A stretch of 64,000 bases of DNA from Eledone cirrhosa (lineage: Eukaryota): the NCBI GenBank assembly GCA_964016885.1, contig CAXHJY010001714.1, positions 93,517-157,516 on the forward strand. The letters are read 5' to 3'. Made by a program: the position numbers and the translations under genes. How positions within the stretch are numbered: position 1 is the stretch's first letter; every line of letters starts with the position of its first letter. The notes below the pieces were generated by a model. It was not told where the DNA came from and did not search any database. It saw only the letters and a program-made list of their open reading frames with translations. Below are positions 1-11,120 of this stretch, one piece after another.

Positions 1-169
1 ATCTATTTATATTAATCGTGATTTCCTTCAATTGGTGCTTTCCGATTGATCCACAATTGAGGCCACATTTTCTACTGCCGCTAGATATCTTACTAGTCAA
101 TATAGAAGGTAAATATGCTGTTGTACAATACATTGTAGCGAGATATGCACAAGCAGACATAAATATTTA

Positions 170-375
170 TGGATTGGCAGAATTATTAGAGCAGCAGACA
201 AAATGCTTGGTGACATTTAGTTACAACCCTCTATGTTCTCAGTTCAAATACTGCCAATGACAAATTTGTCTTGCATCCTTCCAGGGTCAATAAAATAAAG
301 TACCAGTCAAGTACAGGAGTGAGTTGATTTAATAAACTTTTCCTCCTCCCAAATTTCTGGCTTTATGCCTAAATT
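170..375 (+). mobile_element. Degenerate tRNA-derived SINE
   Basis: B-box-like 'cagttcaaatactgcc' followed by the family core 'catccttccagggtcaataaaataaagtaccag', which is shared with many copies in the window. Confidence 0.65.
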
Positions 376-388
376 AGTATATATATAT

Positions 389-618
389 ATATTGTTATAC
401 TTGGGGAGGATCATATTGTTATAATATTGCCAGAAATAACAACAGGACACACTCACTGTTTGGTTTGGGTTGGTTTTCGCTTCTGTATCTTTTATATCTT
501 CACGTGGAGATTTCTGTTATTATTTCTGGCAATATTATAACAATATGACCCTCCCCAAGTATAACAATATTTGTTTCGACACACGATTTCATATCAAAAA
601 CCTTGCAAAACAAAAAAA
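389..618 (+). mobile_element. Penelope-like pseudo-LTR end fragment in fold-back form
   Basis: Inverted arms 389-445 and 514-570 plus a ~45-nt tail; same sequence as the PLE 3' ends at 49700-49800 and 60518-60670; flanked by TA repeats. Confidence 0.7.
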
Positions 619-928
619 GTATATATATATACATATATATATTACTCACTCGCATGTGCCATTGACCTGTGTCCCCACACATTCGGTTTGTTTACTTCGT
701 TTTTTCCTCTCTCTTCACTATATTTTCTTTTCTTTTCCTCATGGCCTTTTGATTGATAAAAGGCCTTGGGCGCACTGCTGATCGATTTCGATGTCTTGTT
801 TTAAGCGCCGAAACATCTATGATCGCAATTAACAGCTGATGAAAGGTTTATTCTCTTGTTTACGTCCATATTACCATCTTAGACTTTGTTTACAGTAACC
901 ACATAGCCTGCTTCATTTCTTGTAATTT

Positions 929-1175
929 TTATATATATATACACACATATATACATATGTATATATATAGTAATAATAATAAATTTGAAGACTAAAATCC
1001 AAAGAGGGCTCGATAAGGATAAATATATATCAAATATTTTAATAAATATGTATATATATATATGTATATATGTATATATATATGTATATATATATATATA
1101 CATATATACATATATACATATATACATATATATATACATATATATATATACATATATATATATACATATATATAC

Positions 1176-1224
<49 letters not shown>

Positions 1225-1249
1225 CATATATATACATATATATATATAC

Positions 1250-1280
<31 letters not shown>

Positions 1281-1358
1281 CATAACATATATATATATAT
1301 ATACATATATATACATATATATATATACATATATATATATATACATATATATATATAC

Positions 1359-1457
<99 letters not shown>
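929..1457. repeat. (TA)n/(TACA)n microsatellite ending in (GA)n
   Basis: Visible simple repeat; the overlapping YI-rich ORFs are artefacts. Confidence 0.95.
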
Positions 1458-1492
1458 TGTGAGAAAAACCACAGACCCTCCATCTCAACTCA

Positions 1493-1530
1493 CCTTTTGA
1501 AAAGCAGAAGAACTGCGAAACCGGTAAAGG
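1493..1530 (+). ncRNA. Degenerate minimal type I hammerhead ribozyme
   Basis: cctt-TTGAAAA-gcag(aagaa)ctgc-GAAAC-cg-GTA-aagg: stems I and II pair, stem III is the palindrome ACCGGT, two core mismatches against CUGANGA. Confidence 0.55.
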
Positions 1531-1603
1531 AACCAAATAAATATATATATTTAAAAAAAAAAATAAGACTCCAGTTGCATTTTCGATTTCATCTCTTTTT
1601 CTT

Positions 1604-1690
<87 letters not shown>

Positions 1691-1742
1691 CAAGAAAGAA
1701 GAGTGACATGGTTCGCTTTACAATAAGGGCTTTATTCACATT

Positions 1743-1850
1743 GCTGACAATTGTTTCTTTGATCTGGTAGGTCTAGAGTTCGCTATTCGCCTGATTATGC
1801 GTCAACCGATCTCCAATACTTTGTTTATAACCAGTCGTTTTCACCAGAGC
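1743..1850 (-). ncRNA. Hammerhead-like motif with long stem II insert
   Basis: Minus strand reads gct-CTGGTGA-[~83 nt]-GAAAC-aatt-GTC-agc; stem I gct/agc, palindromic stem III, one core mismatch. Confidence 0.45.
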
Positions 1851-2026
1851 GTGCGAAATGAAGAAGATACATAAGGCATGGTTTTTATATAGGTGTGAAC
1901 AATAATATCAATAATATAGGTGTGAACAATAATATCAATAATAAAATAAAATAACTAGATAGCAAATAGTTAAAATAATACATCAATATAAGTAAGAAAT
2001 AGAGTATAATGATGAATCTAGCATGT

Positions 2027-2923
2027 TAAACAAACTGATATGATACAGATGTATGAAATTGACATGTGAAAACTGCTATAGGGTACATTAGATATAGTGT
2101 TAAGGTGGCGACGAGATAACAGTAACCACTAACATGTACTTGGAGACAGAATTTATGAGGTATCTACTATGCTGTAGGTATTCTGGCAATAAACCGGAGA
2201 TTTACTTATTGTTTGACAGATAAACATTTTCGTTTGATTAATTTAGTGATGATGATAGTTTTTATGTGGTGTTAAATGGAGTTGTAGATTCGTTATTTAA
2301 GTGGCCGCCTATACTAAAGGTAGGGATTGTTAGTTCGAATCATGGGGGTTTAGTTTTCACAGCATCAATAACAAATCGTGTAAGACAGTAATAACAACAA
2401 TAATAGAAACAATAAAGGTAATAAAATAGTAAAATATGCATGGTAGATATATAGAACATGATGTATAATATTAGGGATACATTGAGATGTTCATAATAAT
2501 AATAAGAATAATAAAAGGAAAGTAAGATTTCAAGGAGTGTAGGAGTAATAAGGGAATGTACTTATTTATACACGATTTGTTATTGATGCTGTGAAAACTA
2601 AACCCCCATGATTCGAACTAACAATCCCTACCTTTAGTATAGGCGGCCACTTAAATAACGAATCTACAACTCCACTTAACACCACATAAAAACTATCATC
2701 CTCACTAAATTAATAAAACGAAAATGTATATCTGTCAAACAATAAGTAAATCTCTGGTTCATTGCCAGCATACCTACAGCATAGCAGATACCTCATAAAT
2801 CCTGTCTCCAAGTAAATTTTAGTGGTTACTGTTATCTCGTCGCCACCTTAACACTATATCTAATGTACACTATAGCAGTTTTCACATGTCAATTTCATAC
2901 ATCTGTATCATATCAGTTTGTTT
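2027..2923. repeat. Long inverted repeat (arms ~355 bp, spacer ~185 bp)
   Basis: 2027-2382 is the near-identical reverse complement of ~2567-2923. Confidence 0.9.
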
Positions 2924-3172
2924 ACATTATTAAACCTTATTCTTATTTTGTTTCTTGTAAATAATTTTTTTCAAAATATCAATTCAAAACTTGATCATTT
3001 CATTTTTGTGTAAAGCATTATTTTATTTGGGCTTCCAAAATTTTCACTATGAAATTTAATAATTTTAATACTTCTCTGACTAGATAATTAGTTTATTAAT
3101 TTATTGATACATCTTATCCTTTCATTGAGACGCCTACGTATTAGAGACAATTACGTCATAAAGTTGTAAATT

Positions 3173-3240
<68 letters not shown>

Positions 3241-3345
3241 AAATTATAAAAAATGATGTCTTTCCTAAGTTTTCATAGATATAAATTCCCTGTTCTTCTG
3301 AGTTTTGGCTTGTTCTGGCCGTTAATGCTTCTTGTCTCTTTACTT

Positions 3346-3386
3346 GCCCTGATGAGTCCTTATTAATGGGACGAAACATTGTCGGC
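3346..3386 (+). ncRNA. Intact type I hammerhead ribozyme
   Basis: gcc-CTGATGA-gtcc(ttattaatg)ggac-GAAAC-att-GTC-ggc; stem I extended by gtctct/agagac; lies in a ~300-bp island between TA repeats. Confidence 0.85.
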
Positions 3387-3533
3387 TAATAGAGACTTTT
3401 AATGTATTGAAGGCTTCTTTGTTTATTTTTTATAATTTTTCGGCTCTGTTGGATTACATTGAGCTATATCTTATACTGTCATTTCTCTAATACGACGAGT
3501 GTGTTTAACTCTAACGCACTCAAGTATTTTAAT

Positions 3534-3663
<130 letters not shown>

Positions 3664-4605
3664 CAGTGGCAGACTGGGTGTAAAAAAATTATTGGTTGCC
3701 AGGAGACGAAGGGGACCCACTACATATAGAATGTTATCATTTAATTTTTATAATGAACTAGCATTAAAGCCCGTCGTTGCTCGGGGTCATTAAGTTACCA
3801 AAGTTAGGTTGCACCACCCATTTTATGGCAGCACTTTTTTGTCTGCCAGGCACTGGGTGAATGAATTGCAGACCTGGAAGCATGAGCTGCGCCAGCAGTG
3901 ACAATTGTAGTTTCGCCTATGGATATTATCTCTGTGCAAAAAAGTGTTGAAATTTATTGTTTCACAGTACTTGCGCAACACGCGCGTAGACGATGCCAGC
4001 CGAACAACAGAGCTGCGATGGAGTTGTTCTGCATGGTTGTCTGCGTGTTTTCTAAATTTAAGACAGTAGGGAGAGTTGTGATATGAGGGAGAGTTAGCTG
4101 TTGTTTCTAGCAGGTTTAGTGACCTCATAGAGGATATGTGTTTTCTAAATTTTTAGCAGTATTAGTTATAGATGTTATCGAGATACGAGTGACATAATAA
4201 TGATTTCAACAGCAGAAATTAGAGAGGAAATATACGTTTTATTTTTGATGTAGCACAAACAATGGTGTGGTACAGAGGCTGGTTTCTTGCGTGTGATCAG
4301 TCGGCTTTCCAGTGGCTGTCTGTCTTTTCTTTCTCGCGTTCTCAACCGGCGTTGTTCTATCAAGGGGCGTGAGGCGTCTTACTACAGTACCTCGAGCCAG
4401 ATTTTCAAATTATCGAAAATCGATGTCATTACTCACATGTGGAGTAAGATGGCGAACAATGCAACAAGGGGGAGCTATTCGCTCTAACAAAAATTGAATC
4501 CAGAATAAGGATTTGAAAAATGTTTAAAAAAACAAACAACATGCATGCATAAAAAAAACAAGGCAAAGAAAAAACAGAAACACAGAGGCAAAAAAAAAGG
4601 TGCAG

Positions 4606-5916
4606 CTAACATAGTCTAAATATAGACGGTGCTGCAAAATTTTTTGGGCCAGTGGTCGTGGTCTTGTAACGTGGCGATTGAGGTGGTGTAGGGACAGGCG
4701 ATGATGGTGGTTCAGGAACAGGCGTTCGCTCAACAGGTAAATACGAAGGGGTTCGTGGATCAGGAACCACAGCGTCCGTGTCAAGGTGCGCCTGCTTAAG
4801 CCTGTCTATTGTAACTGTCTCCCTGGACCCCTTAATATCTAACGTGAAATGCTTAGCCGAGCGCGCTAAGACACGGTAAGGTCCAGTGTAAGGCTGTGTG
4901 AGCGGGAGCTTCACAGAATCTTTCCTTACAAAGACATGCGTCCACGAGGCAATATCCCTCGGGACAGCAGTCTTGACAGTTTGTTTCCTAGTGTCCATTG
5001 GCGGCAAATCCTGGAAATAGGAGCGCAAACGGGACACGTAGGAAGCGTGATCTTGGGCATCAAGATCGATAGGGGCAAGCATTTGCCCGGGCAACGTCAG
5101 AGGGGCACCGTACAGTACTTCGGCCGGTGAAAATCCAAAGTCGACCTTCACCGTTGACCGAATCCATAGTAGCACAATAGGGAGGTACTCGCTCCAATGC
5201 GCCGAGTCCATTGCGGCCATTAAGGAGGCCTTCAGTTGTCGGTGAAAACGCTCCACCATACCATTCGAAGCGGGATGGTACGCCGTAGTTCTAATGCGTT
5301 TAGCACCAATTAATTTTGACAGCTCGAGGAAAAGGCTCGACTCGAACTGTCGTCCACGGTCGGTAGTTATTGTGGATGGAACTCCATAACGAGAGATCCA
5401 TCCAGACACAAGAGCACGTGCTGTTGTCTCCGCGGTGATGTTTTTCAAGGGGATGGCCTCAGGCCATCTCGAAAAACGGTCAATGACGGTCAGCAGATAA
5501 GAAAAACCATCGCTGACAGGCCAAGGTCCGACTATGTCAATATGAATATGTGAAAAACGCGCATCTGGATTAGCAAAGGTACCCAGGGGAGCCTTGACGT
5601 GTCGATGGACCTTTGATCTCTGGCAAGCGACGCAGGAACGGCACCAAGCAGCAATTTCACGCCTCATATTTGGCCAGAAAAATCTAGCTGATATGAGCTT
5701 TGCTGTGGCAGAAGATCCTGGATGCGAGATACTATGTAATCCCAGAAACACGGTCCGACGATGATTCTCTGGAACGAAGGGCCTAGGCACGTCCAAAGAG
5801 ACGTCGCAGAGAATTTGGCCAACTGCAGTCGACAGAGGCAAGTATTTCATCTCGCAATTCGCAAATTTCCGATGTGTGGTGGTTGGCGTCGGTAAGGCTA
5901 TGAAGCTGCCACTCAC
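4606..5916 (-). CDS. Gypsy integrase (HHCC zinc finger, DDE core, GPY/F motif), orphaned from gag-pol
   Basis: HSISHPG..CRSCVAC, HIHIDIVGP, TTDRGRQF, NGMVERFHRQLK and YTGPYRVL motifs. Confidence 0.92.
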   Translation of the reverse strand: MSGSFIALPTPTTTHRKFANCEMKYLPLSTAVGQILCDVSLDVPRPFVPENHRRTVFLGLHSISHPGSSATAKLISARFFWPNMRREIAAWCRSCVACQRSKVHRHVKAPLGTFANPDARFSHIHIDIVGPWPVSDGFSYLLTVIDRFSRWPEAIPLKNITAETTARALVSGWISRYGVPSTITTDRGRQFESSLFLELSKLIGAKRIRTTAYHPASNGMVERFHRQLKASLMAAMDSAHWSEYLPIVLLWIRSTVKVDFGFSPAEVLYGAPLTLPGQMLAPIDLDAQDHASYVSRLRSYFQDLPPMDTRKQTVKTAVPRDIASWTHVFVRKDSVKLPLTQPYTGPYRVLARSAKHFTLDIKGSRETVTIDRLKQAHLDTDAVVPDPRTPSYLPVERTPVPEPPSSPVPTPPQSPRYKTTTTGPKNFAAPSIFRLC

Positions 5917-6139
5917 TATTCCCTGTTTTGGTCAGTGGCTAAACAACGCTGTCGCTGCTGCTGTCGTTGTTGTTGGTAGCCATCTTGAAATTTTTTCGTG
6001 GCGAAAAAGTTTTCGAAATACTGCTAATTTTTCAAAAAATTTTGAAAGGAATATATTTTATTTTCGCAAGCTACGAAAAAGGTTGGCAACGTGGCAATAA
6101 AAGTTCAACTGAATGAAAAAGAAGGGCTGCGTTAAATTC

Positions 6140-6156
6140 TCACGTCGGGGTCACCA
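6140..6156 (-). promoter_or_regulatory. Primer-binding site complementary to the tRNA-Trp 3' end
   Basis: TGGTGACCCCGACGTGA directly after the 5' LTR; matches the metazoan tRNA-Trp 3' end ...UCACGUCGGGGUCACCA (recalled, not searched). Confidence 0.85.
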
Positions 6157-6737
6157 CTTTAGCAGTATTGTAGAATCAGTGGTCGTTACTTTAACAGGGT
6201 AGATGATTGAAGGTCTTTAGTTGCCAGTGTGGTAAGTGATAGTATCCTCGTTGGATTATCTTGTCGACATAGACGTGAGGGAAGGTCCCTCGATCTATTT
6301 ACCATCTATTTACAATATTCCCTTCGTCAGGTCGCCAATTCCAGCAGCATGGATTATAGATGTTATTGAGACACGAGTAACATAATAATGATTTCAACAG
6401 CAGAAATTAGAGATGAAATGTATGTTTATTTTTGATGTAGTACAAACAATGTTTGTTAACTTATATGGTTGAAGTTACAGATAAAAAGAGGTTACAAAAG
6501 GGAATGTGCCATTGCGCCGTTAAGCCGGTGAGGCTAGGGTGCAAATCTCACCGTTACATTATGCGTGTTGCTGGCTTGAAGTTTCCGGTACAAGAGAGAG
6601 ATTCTTCAAATCTTCGCGGGGAATTTCTTCCTCAGGGCGCGTAGGGATACATCCTCTTCTACTGGCGCTGATTGGCTGAACTGAGCCAAATCACGCACAG
6701 AGAATGTATGTGAGCCCGCGGAATGTAGGTCACTATA

Positions 6738-7405
6738 AATTTAAGACAGTAGGGAGTGGTGTGATATGGGGGAGAGTTAGCTGCTGTTTCTAGCAGGTTT
6801 AGTGACCTCATAGAAGATATGTTTTCTAAATTTAAGACAGTAGGGAGGGGTGTGATATGGGGGAGAGTTAGCTGCTGTTTCTAGCAGGTTTAGTGACCTC
6901 ATAGAAGATATGTTTTCTAAATTTAAGACAGTAGGGAGGGGTGTGATATGGGGGAGAGTTAGCTGCTGTTTCTAGCAGGTTTAGTAACCTCATAGAGGAT
7001 ATGTGTTTTCTAAATTTAAGACAGTAGAGAGTGGTGTGATATGGGGGAGAGTTAGCTGCTGTTTCTAGCAGGTTTAGTGACCTCATAGAAGATATGTTTT
7101 CTAAATTTAAGACAGTAGGGAGGGGTGTGATATGGGGGAGAGTTAGTTGCTGTTTCTAGCAGGTTTAGTAACCTCATAGAGGATATGTGTTTTCTAAATT
7201 TAAGACAGTAGAGAGTGGTGTGATATGGGGGAGAGTTAGCTGCTGTTTCTAGCAGGTTTAGTGACCTCATAGAAGATATGTTTTCTAAATTTAAGACAGT
7301 AGGGAGGGGTGTGATATGGGGGAGAGTTAGTTGCTGTTTCTAGCAGGTTTAGTAACCTCATAGAGGATATGTGTTTTCTAAATTTAAGACAGTAGGGAGT
7401 GGTGT
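6738..7405. repeat. ~92-bp tandem satellite with a 184-bp higher-order unit
   Basis: About 7 units of aatttaagacagtagggag...gatatgttttct; a further unit at ~4055-4152 on the other side of the LTR insertion. Confidence 0.92.
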
Positions 7406-7837
7406 GAACGGACAGTATCACCATCAAGCTTGGAAAGAGAAAGTAGCAGAAAGTATGAAGTTGTATAGATTTTGAATGGTAGTAGAAAGAGTTCAGCAGT
7501 TTAAATGAGAGAAAAATCGTAAAATATTGAGTTTTATCTATTTTTTGCGTAATTGTGGGTGAAATTGAAAAAATTATCTGCGTCAAGACGCAATCGAAAC
7601 TATTTCGAATACTGAATTGTAAATTTCAATTGAATAAATTCTATATCGTAAATTTCTATAACGAAGGAGCATGACCATACACTGAGCTTTATAGATTATG
7701 ATAAATAACATTTTCAAAAATACATAAGTGGAAAAAAAACAGTGCAATCAAATTTTTGTGGAAAAATATCTTACCTTCTTCAATAAAATAAAAAAAATAT
7801 GTATTTTGCGAAATCGAGAAACTTTCAATAATGACCA

Positions 7838-8290
7838 GAAGTCGACCCTAAATATTACTAATAGCCCTAGGAGTGCCATGAACGACACCATATCTTTTCA
7901 ACTTTGATTTTGAAAGTAGGTTTATAATTATCAATTTTCATTATACTTTCGTAGCTGTCTCGGTGGCCTAGCTGGAGGAATCATAGACGGTGGTTATCCT
8001 GGTCAGATGTTCGATCCTAGTCGGGAGTAGGGTTCCCAGTAAACCTTTTCAGTTTTTTCTATTGGTTGTAAAATGAAACTGAAAAAGATCATATGTACCT
8101 CTTGACCAGGATTGAACCCAAGGCCAGCGTCTCCAACATCTCTAATACCTACCACTAGGCCACAGAGACAACTACGAAAATCTTATGAAAATTCATACTT
8201 ACAAACCTTCTTTCAAAATTTTCAAAACAAAGTATTATGGTGACGTTTATGTCTTTCTTAATATTATTGATCCTACTTAAGGTCGACTTC
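7838..8290. mobile_element. Degenerate palindromic element with two inward-facing tRNA-like cassettes
   Basis: Termini gaagtcgacc/ggtcgacttc; A/B-box-like 'ggtggcctag...gttcgatcct' on + and 'gtggcctagtgg...gttcaatcct' on -. Confidence 0.55.
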
Positions 8291-8538
8291 TAAATCATTT
8301 GGGTGTTCCATAAACTACATCCGCATTCCTTTTCACATCTATCTAGACTATATTTTAAGCTGTAATCCATGTTTCTTTTCTGTTGCACCTCATTTCCCTC
8401 CCCCTCTCCCTTCTCTCTGTGATATTTGAATCTACTATGATTTGGGCTTACTTTATTCATATATACATGTTTTTGCATGTCAGATTCAAACTTACAATGA
8501 TTGGCATTATATATATATATATATATATATATAACTTG

Positions 8539-8648
<110 letters not shown>

Positions 8649-8754
8649 CGCGTGTGTGTGTGTTCTGAAGAGAATGTTTTGGTAAAAACAGGAGCAAGCA
8701 GGAGAAAGCTTTCAACATTCGTAGTTTTTAGTTACGATGGAGATTTTATAAAAA

Positions 8755-8945
8755 TAATTGTTTATACTTTTGGCACAAGGCCAGAAATTACCCAGTACAT
8801 TACTGGTACTTTATTTTATAGACCCCGTAAGGATGAAAGGCAAAGTTAACCTCGGCGGGATTTGAACTCAGACCGTAAAGGGACGTAACTATGCTGGAAA
8901 GCATGGCGTCCGACCCTCTACCGATACTTCCAATTCACCTCCCTT
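8755..8945 (-). mobile_element. tRNA-derived SINE (~190-bp family)
   Basis: Reverse complement of the family consensus seen at 23565 and 32655. Confidence 0.85.
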
Positions 8946-10483
8946 GATTTTATAAAAATAATAACAATAATAATGGTGAAGTTGCATAAATCGTTTAATC
9001 ATTATAATTATTTCCACGGTTCTCCATGCAATTGAGAAGTCCTTCATGCATTTATTGTTGTTATGAAAACGGTATCCTCAGATGAAAAAAAAATGATTTA
9101 GTGATATGCTGCCGGTAGGAAAAAACACACGCCCTACTGCTTGTGTGCCCAGCAGACATATGAATTTCTGAAAGGGTCTCCCAGCTGTCATGCTTGCTGG
9201 AGCAGGATGTTATCAATGTGTCGTGTTGTTGTTGTAGCTGTTGTCTTGAATGTGGCTGTCAACAAAATATATACCCCACCCTCCCTCAGAGTTCCATTTG
9301 TTACTTCTACTATCTAATGGGCTATGGTTACGTATAGTTTTTCGTTTGATACAGATCAACACAGCTTTACCTCTCTACTCGTTTACGACCTCAACTCCGT
9401 TGGGGATGTGAGAATCCTATTTTTCACTAATCACACGTTGATAACATCTTGCTCCAGCAAGTATATATATTCCCAATTTCATTCCCAGTTCTTCAGTCAA
9501 CCCAAGGTTATGATAAATTATGCTTACCCTTCTCACCTGATGGAGTTATAGGGGCACCATCTTGAAACACCATTTTAAATTTGGCAGAGCCCATTCCTCA
9601 AAAGGTCTGAACATAGCCCAGCCAATTTCTTCCAGACAGAGAGGGAAATTTTTTATTCCATGCTCTAATGACCCTACCAAGTCACCACCTTATCCTGACA
9701 TAAGCTTTATCTATTTTAATTCTGGTTTATTCATGATTTGCATCTATATATATTATATATACATATTGTATAATTATGGTAGCAACAATATTTGTTTTTT
9801 GTTAGTAATCTGTAGTATATTATTAACTTTATAAATTCTGTTCTAAAGTATATTTAGAAATGTGTTATTTGCAAAATTCTATGTACAAGAAGCTTTAGAT
9901 TTCTTGCTACAGTACTGAGCAAGTAAATGTCACTGATCATTGATTAATGATCCTGAAATATTCTAGTATTTGATGTTCTCACACAGTTACATAGGTAGCT
10001 GATCACAGATTAATCCTTTAGCATTTACTATTATATTTTCACGGTAAAGGCTTTACCTCACATAATTATCTTACATATTATCGAATCTATGAGATTTTGA
10101 TGTGAAAGAGGTGAGAGAATTCTGGCTGGATACAGCTGGTTTAAATGCTAAAGGGTTAAAATCACCACAAGACTTATGTATGTTTATTATACATAAGCAT
10201 ATTGTATATGTTTCCCATATACATCTCTATTCTGAACCACGCTTCGTTAATACTATTGTTAATATTTATATGGTCTTATTATGTATGGTAGTCATAAAAT
10301 AGATTATAATCTCCCACAAAAGTTGTTGCTATTCCAGTTTTGTTCAATTCATTTATAATAAATGTAAAATCATATGGCTATTTATTTATTTATTCATTTT
10401 ATCTCATTAGAAATAGGTTATTTCCCCACCTCGCAAATAATTTCATAAATTTCTATTAAGTAAACAAGTTTTAAATTACTTAA

Positions 10484-11120
10484 CCTGTATATATATAAAG
10501 ATGAGGTTTTCTGTATGTGTGTGTATGTGTGTGTGGACAATTTTTAATGAGAGCTCATATATTCTAAACCATTCATGCGATTTCTTTGAAATTTTTTACA
10601 GAGCTTCTCCTTGCACAAAACCTGTACATGGTCTACAAAGGCTTTCAAAAATCGATATTGGGGCCTTTGGAGACATTAAAAAAGTTTTGGTTATTTGTGT
10701 CAATTTTCGTGATTAAGTAAGACAAGAGTTATCTTTCGTCAATATTTCGTGATTAAGTAAGACAAGAGTTATCTTTCGTCAATACAATAGGAACTCATTT
10801 TTGATGTTGTCGAAAATTTTGTTTGGAGATTTTGATTATTACAATTCGGCTCATTCGGATTTTACTTTACTCTTTGTACTTGAAACAAAAGGTTTTACTG
10901 CTGTCAAAAAAATTTATACCTAGACTGGATTTCTGTTGTTACATGGGATAACGGATGACACCGAGCTCACATATTAATTATTTTGCTGGAATAGTGCCTA
11001 AGGTTTTCATGTTTACATAAAGTACGTTTTTCTTCTATGTATTCAAATTTACTTTGTTTAGTTTAATGAGCTACATCGAAAGCTACTTGAACTGTCCAAA
11101 GGATGGGTACTTTAGCTGGT
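10484..11120 (+). mobile_element. Degenerate non-autonomous Helitron-like element
   Basis: 5' 'cctgtatatatataaa...ctgtatgtgtg' start and 3' 'gggtactttagctgg' resemble the better-preserved Helitrons in the window. Confidence 0.4.

Larger units (their letters stand above)
4153..6737 (-). mobile_element. Internally deleted Ty3/Gypsy LTR retrotransposon
   Basis: 5-bp TSD AATTT (4148-4152 and 6738-6742), 5' LTR 6159-6737, divergent 3' LTR 4153-4386, tRNA-Trp PBS, integrase ORF. Confidence 0.9.
3758..7695 (-). mobile_element. Non-autonomous Helitron containing a 92-bp satellite and a nested LTR element
   Basis: Minus strand starts TCTATA and ends with hairpin cccgagcaacgacggg plus CTAG, between host A and T. 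Confidence 0.65.

Noticed and set aside
879-1739. Long YI/CV/HT-rich ORFs (also at 21.5, 39.4, 56.3, 57.7 and 59.9 kb)
   Set aside because: Stop-free translations of dinucleotide microsatellites, not proteins
6738-7405. CRISPR-like regular repeats (also 46340-46722 and 48392-48556)
   Set aside because: No unique spacers and no cas genes; ordinary tandem repeats in eukaryotic DNA
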